Below, piece by piece: positions 28,365 through 38,752 of a DNA stretch of 63,223 nt. Position numbers and translations under genes: made by a program. The notes beneath the pieces are model-generated. The model searched no databases and was not told the origin of the DNA. It worked only from the letters and a program-made list of their open reading frames with translations. Numbering within the stretch: position 1 is the first letter of the stretch; each line of letters begins with the position of its first letter. Origin of the DNA: a virus (Duplodnaviria; Caudoviricetes). The stretch spans positions 1 to 63,223 of the IMG/VR virus record IMGVR_UViG_3300011335_000575; one strand, 5' to 3'.

Positions 28365-29144
28365 ATGACAATTATTACTGGATGGGGCAGAGGTACTTGG
28401 GGTGAAAGCACTTGGGGATCTGACCTTCCAGTAGTAGTTACTGGTTCACAATTACAAACAACAACTGGAATAATTTCAATTGCAGTTGGTCAAGAAATTT
28501 TAACTACAGGACAACAATTAAATTCTACAGTTAGTACAGTTTCTATTACTGCAGATTCTAATTTAACTTTATCTACTAATTTAGTAAATATAACAATTAA
28601 TAATGTTTCAATTGCAGTTGGTCAAATAGTTGATGTAACAACAAATTTATTACAAATAAGTTTAGGAGATGAAAGCGGATTAGGTAATGCTGAGGTTGTA
28701 CTATCTACAAATATTTTAAATACAACAATTGGTGCTTACTCAATTACTGCAGATGGTAATACATCTGAAATAGTAGTTGGTGATTCCATGAATTCTACAG
28801 TTAATTCTTTATTTATAGATATAGCTGTTCTTGCAGAACTTAGCACAAATTTATTAACTATAACTTTAGGAAACGAAGATATTGTAGGAAATGCTATTGT
28901 AGATGTTAGTACAAATTTATTAAATGTAACAACAGGCACAGCTAGTGGAGATGTAGCTACTATTATTTTAACAGGTTCTAGTGTTTTAACTACTACAGGA
29001 ACTGTAACATTTACTATTGATGGATCTGTCACATTGACTGGCGTAAATATGACAGCTTCTACAGGTCGCTTATTTGTTACAGCTTGGGCAGTGGTAGATA
29101 TAGGAGTAAGTAATAGCTGGGCTGTGGTTGACATAGCAGCTTAA
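28365..29144 (+). CDS. Thr/Val-rich repetitive tail protein
   Basis: GWGRGTWGESTWG start; repeated beta-strand units. Confidence 0.6.
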   Translation: MTIITGWGRGTWGESTWGSDLPVVVTGSQLQTTTGIISIAVGQEILTTGQQLNSTVSTVSITADSNLTLSTNLVNITINNVSIAVGQIVDVTTNLLQISLGDESGLGNAEVVLSTNILNTTIGAYSITADGNTSEIVVGDSMNSTVNSLFIDIAVLAELSTNLLTITLGNEDIVGNAIVDVSTNLLNVTTGTASGDVATIILTGSSVLTTTGTVTFTIDGSVTLTGVNMTASTGRLFVTAWAVVDIGVSNSWAVVDIAA

Positions 29145-29188
29145 TGAAACTAAAATTGATAAATATTATAATATTATAAGTAATTTTT

Positions 29189-30328
29189 ATGCCATCATCG
29201 TATTCTACAGACCTTAAACTTGAGTTAATGGTAACGGGTGAAAACTCGGGTACATGGGGAGATAAAACAAATACAAATTTAAATTTATTACAACAAGCAG
29301 TCGCTGGATATCAAGCAGTTTCTATCGCAGGCGGAGCTCAAACTACAGCTCTTGCAATGACAGATGCAACTATTTCTAATGCAAGAAATGCTGTCATAGA
29401 ATTAACAGGAACAATTACAGGAAATCAAATAGTTACAATTCCAGATGGAATTGAAAAAACATATATCATTTATAATAACACTTCTGGTGCCTTTACTGTA
29501 CAATTTAAAACAGTTAGTGGCACAGGTCCTACTTTTGGAACAACAGATAAATCTACAAAAGTTTTATATTCAAATGGAACTAATGTTATTGATACTTTAA
29601 TAGATACAACAAATGGTGTTAACACTTTAACAAATAAAACTTTAACATCAGCAGTTCTTGGTGCTCCAACAGTAACAGGAGCAACAATATCATTAGGTGC
29701 AAATTTAAGCACTAATGCTAATAATATTTTATTTTCTGACACTAAATTTATAGCAGATGCTAATTCAAATGAATTAGTTGTATTTAGTCAAACAGCTTCA
29801 GCAGTTAACGAAGTAACTCTTGCTAATGCTGCAACTGGAAATAATCCAAATTTTACAGCGTCTGGTGGCGATACGAATATTGGTATTAATTTTACACCAA
29901 AAGGAACAGGAGCCATAACGTTCAACGGAATGGGTAGAATTGATGAGTTAAAAGAAAAAGTTAATATATACACAACAGCAACTACAGGCACCATGAATTT
30001 TAATTTTTTAGATGGTGCTGTTGAATATCATACAGGAACAGCTACTGGTCAATTTACATTAAATTTAAGAGGTAGTTCTGCAACTACTCTTAATACTTTA
30101 ATGTCAGTTGGTGAATCTATGACAGGTGCTTATTTAAATACTAACTCAACTTTTTATGTTTCAACAATAACAATTGATGGATCATCTACAAACGTGACTT
30201 TAGAATATCAAGGTGGTTCTGCACCAACTTCAGGTAATGCAGGTATTGATGTTTATTCATTCACTGTAATTAAAACAGCAACAACACCAGCATATACAAT
30301 TCTAGCAGCACAAACTCAATTTAATTAA
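29189..30328 (+). CDS. tail fibre protein
   Basis: GENSGTWG.KTN.N N-terminus, TLTNKTL repeat, beta-rich C-terminus. Confidence 0.7.
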   Translation: MPSSYSTDLKLELMVTGENSGTWGDKTNTNLNLLQQAVAGYQAVSIAGGAQTTALAMTDATISNARNAVIELTGTITGNQIVTIPDGIEKTYIIYNNTSGAFTVQFKTVSGTGPTFGTTDKSTKVLYSNGTNVIDTLIDTTNGVNTLTNKTLTSAVLGAPTVTGATISLGANLSTNANNILFSDTKFIADANSNELVVFSQTASAVNEVTLANAATGNNPNFTASGGDTNIGINFTPKGTGAITFNGMGRIDELKEKVNIYTTATTGTMNFNFLDGAVEYHTGTATGQFTLNLRGSSATTLNTLMSVGESMTGAYLNTNSTFYVSTITIDGSSTNVTLEYQGGSAPTSGNAGIDVYSFTVIKTATTPAYTILAAQTQFN

Positions 30329-30340
30329 GGAGATTTTGTA

Positions 30341-31234
30341 ATGCCTATAAACTCAACACGCGGAGGAGCCTCAGCAAAAGCATTTGGATTAGCTTCAAGA
30401 AAAGCAAGTCCCGTTAGTTTTTCTTATTTAGTTGTTGCTGGAGGAGGTGGCGGTGGAAGTAATTATGGTGGAGGAGGTGGAGCAGGTGGAAGAAATATTG
30501 CATTTCCAGCAACCTCGTTAACCTTATCAACACCAGCATCAATAACTGTAGGAGCAGGTGGAGCAGGTGGAACAACTGGAACTGGTAATGGATCTAATGG
30601 AAATCCATCCTCTATTGCTCCAGGAACTCCTCTTGCAATTACTGAAACAGCTGGCGGATATGGTGGAGGAGGTTCTGATGTTGGAACTTTTCCTGGAAGT
30701 CCTGGAGGATCTGGGGGTGGTGGAGGAGGAAGTTCAGGAGCTAATAAACCAGGTGGAACTGGAACAGCCATTGTTGGAAGAGGACAACCTGGAGGATTTG
30801 GTAGATCTAATCCTGCTGAAGGATTTGCAGGTGGAGGAGGCGGAGGATCTAATGCCGCTGGATCTCCTTACACAGAACCTGGTGGTTCGTTTCGAGGTGG
30901 AGCTGGAGGAGCTGGAACAGCTTCTTCTATTACGGATTCTTCAGTAACAGTTGCTGGAGGAGGTGGTGGTGCAGGATCTGCATCTAATGGTGGTGCTGGA
31001 GCTGGTGGTGGTGGAGCTGGCGATGGAACAAATGGCACAGCAAATACTGGAGGAGGTGGTGGAGGACGTAGTCCAGCTGGAACTGCTGGTCAAGGAGGTT
31101 CAGGAATTGTAATTTTAAGATGTCCAGGAGCTAGAACTGTGTCTGCGTCTCCTGCTACAAATACAAGAACAGTTTTAGGATCAGGAGATCAACTTTTACA
31201 ATTTACTGTTCCTGGAACAGTAACTTTATTATAA
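30341..31234 (+). CDS. glycine-rich domain protein (tail/receptor-binding associated)
   Basis: YLVVAGGGGGG, ANTGGGGGG, GGSGIVIL hallmark motifs. Confidence 0.8.
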   Translation: MPINSTRGGASAKAFGLASRKASPVSFSYLVVAGGGGGGSNYGGGGGAGGRNIAFPATSLTLSTPASITVGAGGAGGTTGTGNGSNGNPSSIAPGTPLAITETAGGYGGGGSDVGTFPGSPGGSGGGGGGSSGANKPGGTGTAIVGRGQPGGFGRSNPAEGFAGGGGGGSNAAGSPYTEPGGSFRGGAGGAGTASSITDSSVTVAGGGGGAGSASNGGAGAGGGGAGDGTNGTANTGGGGGGRSPAGTAGQGGSGIVILRCPGARTVSASPATNTRTVLGSGDQLLQFTVPGTVTLL

Positions 31235-31242
31235 AAAATATA

Positions 31243-32043
31243 ATGGGACATTTTGCTGAAATAGATAAGGATAATAAAGTTTTAATAGTATACACTGCTT
31301 GCAACGAAGATATTAAAAATCATGGAGGTGAGCAATCCGAAGAAGCTGCTACTTATTTTGCAAGTTATACTCCGCTATCTAAAGACGGAGTAAAATATAT
31401 TCAAACATCTTATAATAATAACTTTAGAAAACAATATGCAGGAGTTGGTTACACCTATGATCCTGTAAATAATGTTTTTATTCGTCCAAAACCATTTGAA
31501 TCTTGGATTTTAGATGAAAATTTTGATTGGCAACCTCCTACAGGTTATCCAAACATAAATACAGTTTATGATTCTAATTATTTTAAATTAAAGTTAATTT
31601 GGAATGAAGAAGATAAAAAATTTACAGTATATGATATTAAAAATAATATTTTTCCTTATGATAATTGGAATTTAAATAATGTAAACAAATATGAGGGTCC
31701 TATTTTAATAAATAATTATCCTATTAATTCCATAGAAAATGAATACAAAATATATTGGGATTCTAATATCAATACTTTTAAAGCCATTGGATATTATAAT
31801 AGGATTTTAAAATATAATTCAAATACAAATGAATGGGAAAATGAATTTTTATCATGGGTTAAAAATCAAGAAGGTATTTGGAATGCTCCTGTTGAATGGC
31901 CCTCTATTGAGACTTACGGAGACGGATCAAATTGGTACAAAATTTCATGGGACGAAGTAAATTTATGTTGGAAAGGATTAGATAATAAAAACAATACTTT
32001 TTATTGGAACCCTACAGTTAATTCTTGGATATCTAATATTTAA
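31243..32043 (+). CDS. Trp-rich hypothetical protein following the glycine-rich gene
   Basis: HFAEID, QTSYN.NFRK.YAG.G.TYD, WDE...W repeats. Confidence 0.7.
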   Translation: MGHFAEIDKDNKVLIVYTACNEDIKNHGGEQSEEAATYFASYTPLSKDGVKYIQTSYNNNFRKQYAGVGYTYDPVNNVFIRPKPFESWILDENFDWQPPTGYPNINTVYDSNYFKLKLIWNEEDKKFTVYDIKNNIFPYDNWNLNNVNKYEGPILINNYPINSIENEYKIYWDSNINTFKAIGYYNRILKYNSNTNEWENEFLSWVKNQEGIWNAPVEWPSIETYGDGSNWYKISWDEVNLCWKGLDNKNNTFYWNPTVNSWISNI

Positions 32044-32098
32044 TTTTTTTATATAATAAGATATTGCTTATATAATTAAAAAATGATATTTAAAAAAC

Positions 32099-32722
32099 AT
32101 GAATTTAAATAATCAATATTATTATTTTCAATCCGTATTACCCCATAAATTATGTGATGATATTATTAAATTTGGAGAATCCCAAAATAATAAAGGAATG
32201 GGTATTACAGGAATTTTAGAAAATATAGAAAAGCCCTCAAAAAAGTTAATTAAAAAAAATTTAAAAACTAGAAATTCAACTGTCGCTTTTTTAAGCGAAC
32301 CTTGGATATATAAAGAAATTCATCCATACATTCATGAAGCAAATATAAAAGCTGGATGGAATTTTGATTGGGATTGGTCAGAACCTGCACAATTTACAAA
32401 GTATTCTTTAAATCAATATTATCACTGGCATCAAGATTCTTGGAGTTTACCTTATAATGATAAAAATGATTTAAACAAACATGGAAAAATAAGAAAATTA
32501 TCTGTAACATGTTCTTTATCCGATTCTTCTGAGTATGAAGGAGGAGATTTAGAATTTTGTTCTACTGAATTTATAAAAAAGAAAGTATTAAAATGTGATC
32601 AAATAAAAACTAAAGGATCTATTGTAGTATTTCCATCTTTTGTTTGGCATGCAGTTAAACCAGTCACAAAAGGAACAAGGTATTCTTTAGTGTTATGGAA
32701 TTTAGGATATCCTTATAGATAA
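32099..32722 (+). CDS. 2OG-Fe(II) oxygenase (prolyl hydroxylase-like)
   Basis: Y.WHQD, RKLS, EGG, FPS..WH.V.PVT.G.RYSLV. Confidence 0.9.
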   Translation: MNLNNQYYYFQSVLPHKLCDDIIKFGESQNNKGMGITGILENIEKPSKKLIKKNLKTRNSTVAFLSEPWIYKEIHPYIHEANIKAGWNFDWDWSEPAQFTKYSLNQYYHWHQDSWSLPYNDKNDLNKHGKIRKLSVTCSLSDSSEYEGGDLEFCSTEFIKKKVLKCDQIKTKGSIVVFPSFVWHAVKPVTKGTRYSLVLWNLGYPYR

Positions 32723-33381
32723 TGAAAAAAGAATTTAATAAAAAAAGTTTTGTAGTAATTAAAAAAGCAGTGGATAAAAAAATAATAAAATTTGTATATG
32801 ATTATTTTTTTTTAAAAAGACAAGTCGCTAAAACTTTATTTGAAGCAAGATATATATCTCCCTTTACAACTTATTTTGGTGTATGGAATGATTCACAAGT
32901 TCCCGAAACATATTCACATTATTCTGATATTGCAATGGAAATTTTATTACAAATGGTTAAGCCAAAAATGGAAGAAGAAACAGGATTAAAATTAATTCCT
33001 ACATATTCTTATGCTAGATTATATAAAAAAGGAGACAAATTAGAAAGGCACAAAGATAGATTTAGTTGCGAAATTTCTACAACATTAAATATTGGAGGAG
33101 ATTCTTGGCCAATATTTATAGAACCAGATTCAAAAAAAGGTAAAATTACTGAAAATGGTTATATTTCAGAATACACAAAAGGAATTAAAATAAATTTAAA
33201 ACCAGGTGATATGTTAGTTTATAAAGGTAACCTTCTAGAACATTGGAGAGAACCATTTGTAGGTGAAAATTGTGCACAAGTTTTTTTACATTATAATAAT
33301 TTAAAAACCAAAGGTGCAGAAGAAAATAAATTTGATCGTAGACTTCATTTAGGTTTACCCGCCGATTTAAAAAGATTTTAA
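32722..33381 (+). CDS. second 2OG-Fe(II) oxygenase-like protein
   Basis: YSYAR.Y, HKDR..CEIS, HWRE, QVFLHY. Confidence 0.75.
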   Translation: MKKEFNKKSFVVIKKAVDKKIIKFVYDYFFLKRQVAKTLFEARYISPFTTYFGVWNDSQVPETYSHYSDIAMEILLQMVKPKMEEETGLKLIPTYSYARLYKKGDKLERHKDRFSCEISTTLNIGGDSWPIFIEPDSKKGKITENGYISEYTKGIKINLKPGDMLVYKGNLLEHWREPFVGENCAQVFLHYNNLKTKGAEENKFDRRLHLGLPADLKRF

Positions 33382-33410
33382 ATAAATAATTAAAATAAAA
33401 TTTTAATTAA

Positions 33411-33740
33411 ATGAATATAGAATTCGTTAATCAATATCTTTCAAATATTAAATGGAATTTAGATAATCAACAATGGCAAGTTTCAGGAATCATAGATCGT
33501 ATTTCCAATGAGTATTTAAAATTTGATATAAGATTTTTAAATGATTTTAATGATAAAAAAGGAAAACTTATTAATTATAAAAGTAATGCAGATAAAGTCT
33601 TATTTGAAGATGATATAAATTGGATACTAGTAGATACTCAAGAGTTGATTAAATACATGAAAGAATTTAATTTAAAAGAAGTAAAATTAGAACAATTGAT
33701 TAAAATAATAGACTGGAATATAATACTTCCTAAGAAATAG
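33411..33740 (+). CDS. hypothetical protein
   Basis: 109 aa ORF. Confidence 0.55.
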   Translation: MNIEFVNQYLSNIKWNLDNQQWQVSGIIDRISNEYLKFDIRFLNDFNDKKGKLINYKSNADKVLFEDDINWILVDTQELIKYMKEFNLKEVKLEQLIKIIDWNIILPKK

Positions 33741-33786
33741 CTTAATCTTTTAGCTATACTTAATTAGTGTTATAATAGGCACAAAT

Positions 33787-35733
33787 ATGCCACTAAAAAA
33801 GATACCATTACCTCCAGGTTTTGATAAGAACGATACAGCATCTCAAGCAGAGGGACGTTGGATTGATGGAGACAACGTACGTTTTCAATACGGATCACCT
33901 GAAAAGATAGGTGGTTGGCAACAAATTAATTCATCTATATTAGTAGGTGCAGCTAGAGATATTCATTCTTGGTTTGATTTAACTGGTAGACGTTATGTTG
34001 CTATTGGTACAAACAAGATTTTATATGTTCTTTTTGATGAAATATTTTATGATATTACACCTTTAGCAACTGCTTTAACTTCTTGTACTTATACATCAAC
34101 AACAGGATCTACAACTGTAACAATTAATAAAACTGCACACGATCTTGATGTTGGTGATCTAATTACATTTTCATCTGTAACAACACCAGGAGCTCCAACA
34201 ACTAGTTTTACTTCAGCAGATTTTACCACTAATACTTTTGAAGTTATAACAGTTCCAAATGCAAATACATTTACAATTACTATGCCTGTAACAGAAACTG
34301 GAACAGGAGTTACAGCAGGAGGAACAATTACTACAAATCCTTATGAAACAGTTGGTCCATTAATTGCAACACCTGGTTATGGTTGGGGAGCAGGTACGTG
34401 GAGCTTGTCTACTTGGGGTACTGCAAGAACAGTTTCTAATACAACTATTGATTCGGCATCATGGTCATTAGATAATTTTGGAGAACTTTTAATAGCAACA
34501 ATTAAAAATGGTAAAACTTTTTCATGGAATCCAAATGCAGGAGCTGGCGTAACTTCAAGAGCAACAGTTATATCAGGTAATCCTACAGCAACAGTATTAA
34601 CAAGAGTATCAGATAGAGATAGACATTTAATTCATTTTGGAACAGAAACATCTATAGGAAATATTGCAACTCAAGATCCAATGTTTATTAGATTTTCAGA
34701 TCAAGAAGATATTGAAGTATATGAACCAACTTCAACTAATACAGCAGGTACATTTAGATTAGATAATGGAAGCAGAATTGTAGCAGCGGTTAAAGGTAAA
34801 GATTACATGTTAGTGCTTACAGATGAGGCAGCATACACAATGCAGTTTGTAGGACCTCCTTTTACATTTAGTATTAGACAGGTTGGGTCAAATTGTGGTT
34901 GTATTGGTCAACATGCAGCAGTCTTTGTAGACGGAGCTGTGTATTGGATGGGTGATTCTGGTAACTTTTTTGTATTTGATGGAACAGTTAAAGCATTATC
35001 ATCTTCAGTAGATGATTTTGTATTTACAACTCAGGGAGATAATTTAGGACTTAATTTTACAAATGGTGAATTAGTATTTGCAGGGCATAATAGTTTATTT
35101 ACAGAAATTAATTGGTTTTATCCAAAAGCATCATCTTCTCAAATAGATAGAGTAGTTTCTTATAATTATGAAGATAAAACATGGACAACAGGTACACTTG
35201 CAAGAACAACTTATGAAGATTCTCATGTATTAGAATATCCAACTGCAACCAAATATTTAGATACACTGACCCCAAATAAACCAACAGTAAATGGTGTAAG
35301 TAATGGAGGTAGTTATGTATTTGCACATGAGGTAGGTGTAAATGAAGTATTAAATTTAACAAGTAACAATACAACAAGTATTGCTATATCTGCTTTTATT
35401 AAATCAGGAGACTTTGATTTAGATATAGATGGAGATGGAGAATATTTTATTAAGATAAGGAGATTTATACCTGACTTTAAATATTTAGATGGTAATGCAA
35501 AAGTAACATTAATATTTAGAGCTTATCCAGCAGATACTACAGCTGCGTTAGGGCAAACAACTGTGGGTCCATTTACAATAACTTCAACAACAGATAAGAT
35601 AGATACACGTGCAAGAGGAAGACTTGCAGCAATAAAAATTGAAAACGATGCACTTAATGATAACTGGCGTTATGGAGTATTTAGAGTAGATATTCAACCA
35701 GACGGCAGAGCTGGAAGTGCTCCACAAACATAA
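33787..35733 (+). CDS. tail nozzle / head-stabilisation protein (P22 gp10-like beta-propeller)
   Basis: 648 aa; NVRF..G.PEKIGGW, IRFSDQE, GCIG motifs; position. Confidence 0.7.
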   Translation: MPLKKIPLPPGFDKNDTASQAEGRWIDGDNVRFQYGSPEKIGGWQQINSSILVGAARDIHSWFDLTGRRYVAIGTNKILYVLFDEIFYDITPLATALTSCTYTSTTGSTTVTINKTAHDLDVGDLITFSSVTTPGAPTTSFTSADFTTNTFEVITVPNANTFTITMPVTETGTGVTAGGTITTNPYETVGPLIATPGYGWGAGTWSLSTWGTARTVSNTTIDSASWSLDNFGELLIATIKNGKTFSWNPNAGAGVTSRATVISGNPTATVLTRVSDRDRHLIHFGTETSIGNIATQDPMFIRFSDQEDIEVYEPTSTNTAGTFRLDNGSRIVAAVKGKDYMLVLTDEAAYTMQFVGPPFTFSIRQVGSNCGCIGQHAAVFVDGAVYWMGDSGNFFVFDGTVKALSSSVDDFVFTTQGDNLGLNFTNGELVFAGHNSLFTEINWFYPKASSSQIDRVVSYNYEDKTWTTGTLARTTYEDSHVLEYPTATKYLDTLTPNKPTVNGVSNGGSYVFAHEVGVNEVLNLTSNNTTSIAISAFIKSGDFDLDIDGDGEYFIKIRRFIPDFKYLDGNAKVTLIFRAYPADTTAALGQTTVGPFTITSTTDKIDTRARGRLAAIKIENDALNDNWRYGVFRVDIQPDGRAGSAPQT

Positions 35734-35909
35734 TGGCTAAAATAAATTTATATATACCAGAACCTCCTCAGGATTATACTGTAGAAAGTTTGAGGCAGAT
35801 TAATCAAGCCTTAGAAACATTAAAAGATCAATTAAACTTTTCTTTTCAAGAAGAATTAAAACAAGAAATTGAAAGAAATATTTGGTTTAGCATGAGGTTT
35901 GGCTGTTAA
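35733..35909 (+). CDS. 58 aa structural-module protein (MAKINLYIPEPP...)
   Basis: Read manually; TAATG coupling at both ends. Confidence 0.7.
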   Translation: MAKINLYIPEPPQDYTVESLRQINQALETLKDQLNFSFQEELKQEIERNIWFSMRFGC

Positions 35910-37141
35910 TGTCTATTTGTAATAATGTAAATCAAGGTAGTGGTCAATTAGTTACTTTTGGTGGAACTAATTTAGATGCATTTGGAAGGTTACGTGTTTC
36001 TAATCCTGAAACTATTTTTGATAGTGATAACGTTTTATCAAAAAATAATTTATTCTCTGAATCTACTGCAAATGGTGGAACTGTTACTTATACACAAAAC
36101 AAATCAACAGTTAATTTAAATGTAACAGAAGCGTCTGGTTCAAAAACAATAAGACAATCTAAAAGAGTCATGCATTATGAACCAGGTAAATCATTATTAT
36201 TATTTAATACATTTGTAATGAATACTCCTACTGCAAATTTAAAACAAAAGGTTGGTTTATTTGATGCCAACAATGGTGTTTTTTTTATGGTGGATGGAAC
36301 TACTTATAAAATAGTTAGACGTACTTACACATCAGGTGCAGCAGTTGATACAGAAATATCACAATCAAATTGGAATGGAGATAAATTAGATGGAACAGGA
36401 CCAAGTGGTTTTACATTATATCCTGATAAATCTAATATCTTATATCAAGATTTTGAATGGTTAGGTGTTGGAGCTGCTAGAGTTGGATTTATTATTAATG
36501 GTCAATTTATAGTGTGTCATACATTCTATAATGCAAATAATTTGACTACAGTTTACATGCAAACTGCAAATTTACCAATTCGTTATGAAATTGAAAGAGC
36601 TGAAACATTAACTGCAGGTACTTATACATTACAACAAATTTGTTCTACATGTATTGCAGAAGGAGGTTATCCACCAGAAGGCACTGAAAATATTATAGGA
36701 ACATCACAAATAAATTCAGGAGTAAATTTAACAACTGCTAATACATATTATAATATTGCAACTATTAGAATAAAAGCAAATAGACCATATGCTGTGATAA
36801 TTCCATCGGGAGCTGATATTTTAAATATATCTAATAGTGATTTTGAATGGGGTTTGTTTGTAAATGCAACACCTTCTTCTGCATTTAGTTACACAAGTTT
36901 TGATGATAATATAGAATATGATTTAACAACGGTTGATTTAACTGCAACAGGCACAAGAATATCTGGTGGATATCTTGGAGGAAAAACTGCACCTATTGCA
37001 ATAGGAGATGGTGGATTTGCTTTTCCATACCAAATAGGACAAAGTATTAGTGGAACTTCTGATACACTAACACTAGGAGTAAGATGTGGTTCTGCAAATG
37101 GAGATGTATCTGGTTTAATTAAATGGTTTGATTTAACATAA
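35909..37141 (+). CDS. virion protein with DAFGRLRVS motif
   Basis: 410 aa, beta-rich; PGKS, WLGVG..R.GF motifs. Confidence 0.6.
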   Translation: MSICNNVNQGSGQLVTFGGTNLDAFGRLRVSNPETIFDSDNVLSKNNLFSESTANGGTVTYTQNKSTVNLNVTEASGSKTIRQSKRVMHYEPGKSLLLFNTFVMNTPTANLKQKVGLFDANNGVFFMVDGTTYKIVRRTYTSGAAVDTEISQSNWNGDKLDGTGPSGFTLYPDKSNILYQDFEWLGVGAARVGFIINGQFIVCHTFYNANNLTTVYMQTANLPIRYEIERAETLTAGTYTLQQICSTCIAEGGYPPEGTENIIGTSQINSGVNLTTANTYYNIATIRIKANRPYAVIIPSGADILNISNSDFEWGLFVNATPSSAFSYTSFDDNIEYDLTTVDLTATGTRISGGYLGGKTAPIAIGDGGFAFPYQIGQSISGTSDTLTLGVRCGSANGDVSGLIKWFDLT

Positions 37142-37479
37142 TGGCAAATTATTATAAAAACGCATTTTACGATCCGACAACAACAGCAGTAATTTCTGTG
37201 TATGCTTGTCCATCTAACTCAAGAGCAATTATACAAAATATTCAAGTTACAAATGAATCTGGATCTAAAATATTAAAAGCTTCAATTATAGACTCATCAG
37301 TAAGTACGACCTATCAAATAGCTTACGCTAGTATAACAGGTCCTACAATTTGTAATATTGCAAATGGTCCAATTATATTAGAAGAGAGTGATTCCATACT
37401 ATTGCAAACTAGTGATACCACTGCTATATCTGCCGTATTATCTATATTAGAAATGAATAGAAACGACCAGAATGGCTAG
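37141..37479 (+). CDS. small structural-module protein
   Basis: 112 aa, coupled. Confidence 0.6.
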   Translation: MANYYKNAFYDPTTTAVISVYACPSNSRAIIQNIQVTNESGSKILKASIIDSSVSTTYQIAYASITGPTICNIANGPIILEESDSILLQTSDTTAISAVLSILEMNRNDQNG

Positions 37480-37603
37480 AAAAATAAGTAATGGCTCGGG
37501 AGCTTTTATAAAACAAACAAATAAAAAAAGACCTGGAAGACATAGTAAAAGACCAAATAAAAGAAAAGATAAAAAAGAATATCGTGGACAAGGAAGACGT
37601 TAA
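37472..37603 (+). CDS. 43 aa highly basic peptide ending YRGQGRR
   Basis: Read manually; RPGRH.K.PNK...YRGQG motif. Confidence 0.65.
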   Translation: MARKISNGSGAFIKQTNKKRPGRHSKRPNKRKDKKEYRGQGRR

Positions 37604-37622
37604 TAATATATAATAGTCGTTT

Positions 37623-37838
37623 ATGAAAACTACAATAATTGATGGAGTAGAAGTTCCAATCTTACCAGCTAAAGCTGAAGAAATTATTAAAAATAAAGTA
37701 ACTGGACAAGTTTACTCTAGTATTGAAGAATTTAATGCAGATGTAGCAAATCCTAATACACCTACAAAAGCAGAAGATTTACAACAAGATTTAAAAATAA
37801 CAGTTGCATCTTTGTCAGTATTTGGTAAAACCAAATAA
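37623..37838 (+). CDS. hypothetical protein
   Basis: 71 aa, coupled to the glycosyltransferase. Confidence 0.65.
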   Translation: MKTTIIDGVEVPILPAKAEEIIKNKVTGQVYSSIEEFNADVANPNTPTKAEDLQQDLKITVASLSVFGKTK

Positions 37839-38752
37839 TGAATCCATACGGCGGAACCGAAATCCAAGTAGAATACTTACATAAGTACGTATCAAAAGAA
37901 TTATTAGATAAAGTTCAAATCACAACATCTATTCCAGAAAAGACACCTTTAGTTATTGATAAACCTAATGTTCTTTGGGTACACAATAGTTATGATCAAC
38001 CTAATGTTATGCCTTGGTTTAAGAATAAATTAAATCACGGTAAATATGATTATTATATATTTAATTCTCATTGGACTTATGAAAAGTTTAGATATTTTTT
38101 TAGTTTACCAACAGAGTTATGTTTAGTTATTAAAAATGGATTTGATGATGATTTAATTATAAAAACAGATTTTAAACCTAAAGATAAAATAAAATTAGTT
38201 TATACTTCTACCCCTTGGCGTGGACTAGAGGTTTTACTTAATGCCATGGAACAAATTAAAACTGACAAAGTAGAATTAGATATTTATTCAAGTACCCAAA
38301 TCTATGGAGATGCTTTTAAAAAGATAACAGATGATAAATTTACAGCTTTATATGAAAAAGCAAAAACAACAAAAAATGTTAATTATAAAGGCTATTTAAA
38401 TCATAAAGAATTAATGAAAGTATTACATACCTATGATGCTTATGTTCATCCTTCTATATTTGAAGAAACCTTTTGTTTAGCGGCTATGGAATCGTTAGCC
38501 TGTGGACTCGTAGCAGTAACCACGGACCTCGGTGCTTTATACGAAACCTGTGCTGAGTTTCCAGTATATGTTCCTCATCAAAATAATAGAACTTTATTAG
38601 CTACACAATTTGCTGCTGTTATTGATCAGATACCTGATATGGTAAATAACTTAAATGAAAATAAAATTAAATTTCAACAACAATACTATAGACAATTTTA
38701 TCATTGGAATGTAATAAAGACTTATTGGGAGAATTTTTTAAATGGGATATAA
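37838..38752 (+). CDS. glycosyltransferase, GT-B (family 4-like)
   Basis: GGTE, YTSTPWRGL, PS.FEETFCLAAMES..CG (EX7E). Confidence 0.88.
   Translation: MNPYGGTEIQVEYLHKYVSKELLDKVQITTSIPEKTPLVIDKPNVLWVHNSYDQPNVMPWFKNKLNHGKYDYYIFNSHWTYEKFRYFFSLPTELCLVIKNGFDDDLIIKTDFKPKDKIKLVYTSTPWRGLEVLLNAMEQIKTDKVELDIYSSTQIYGDAFKKITDDKFTALYEKAKTTKNVNYKGYLNHKELMKVLHTYDAYVHPSIFEETFCLAAMESLACGLVAVTTDLGALYETCAEFPVYVPHQNNRTLLATQFAAVIDQIPDMVNNLNENKIKFQQQYYRQFYHWNVIKTYWENFLNGI

Noticed and set aside
30341-31234. Collagen-like protein as hydroxylase substrate
   Set aside because: Gly runs are polyglycine-type, not Gly-X-Y triplets
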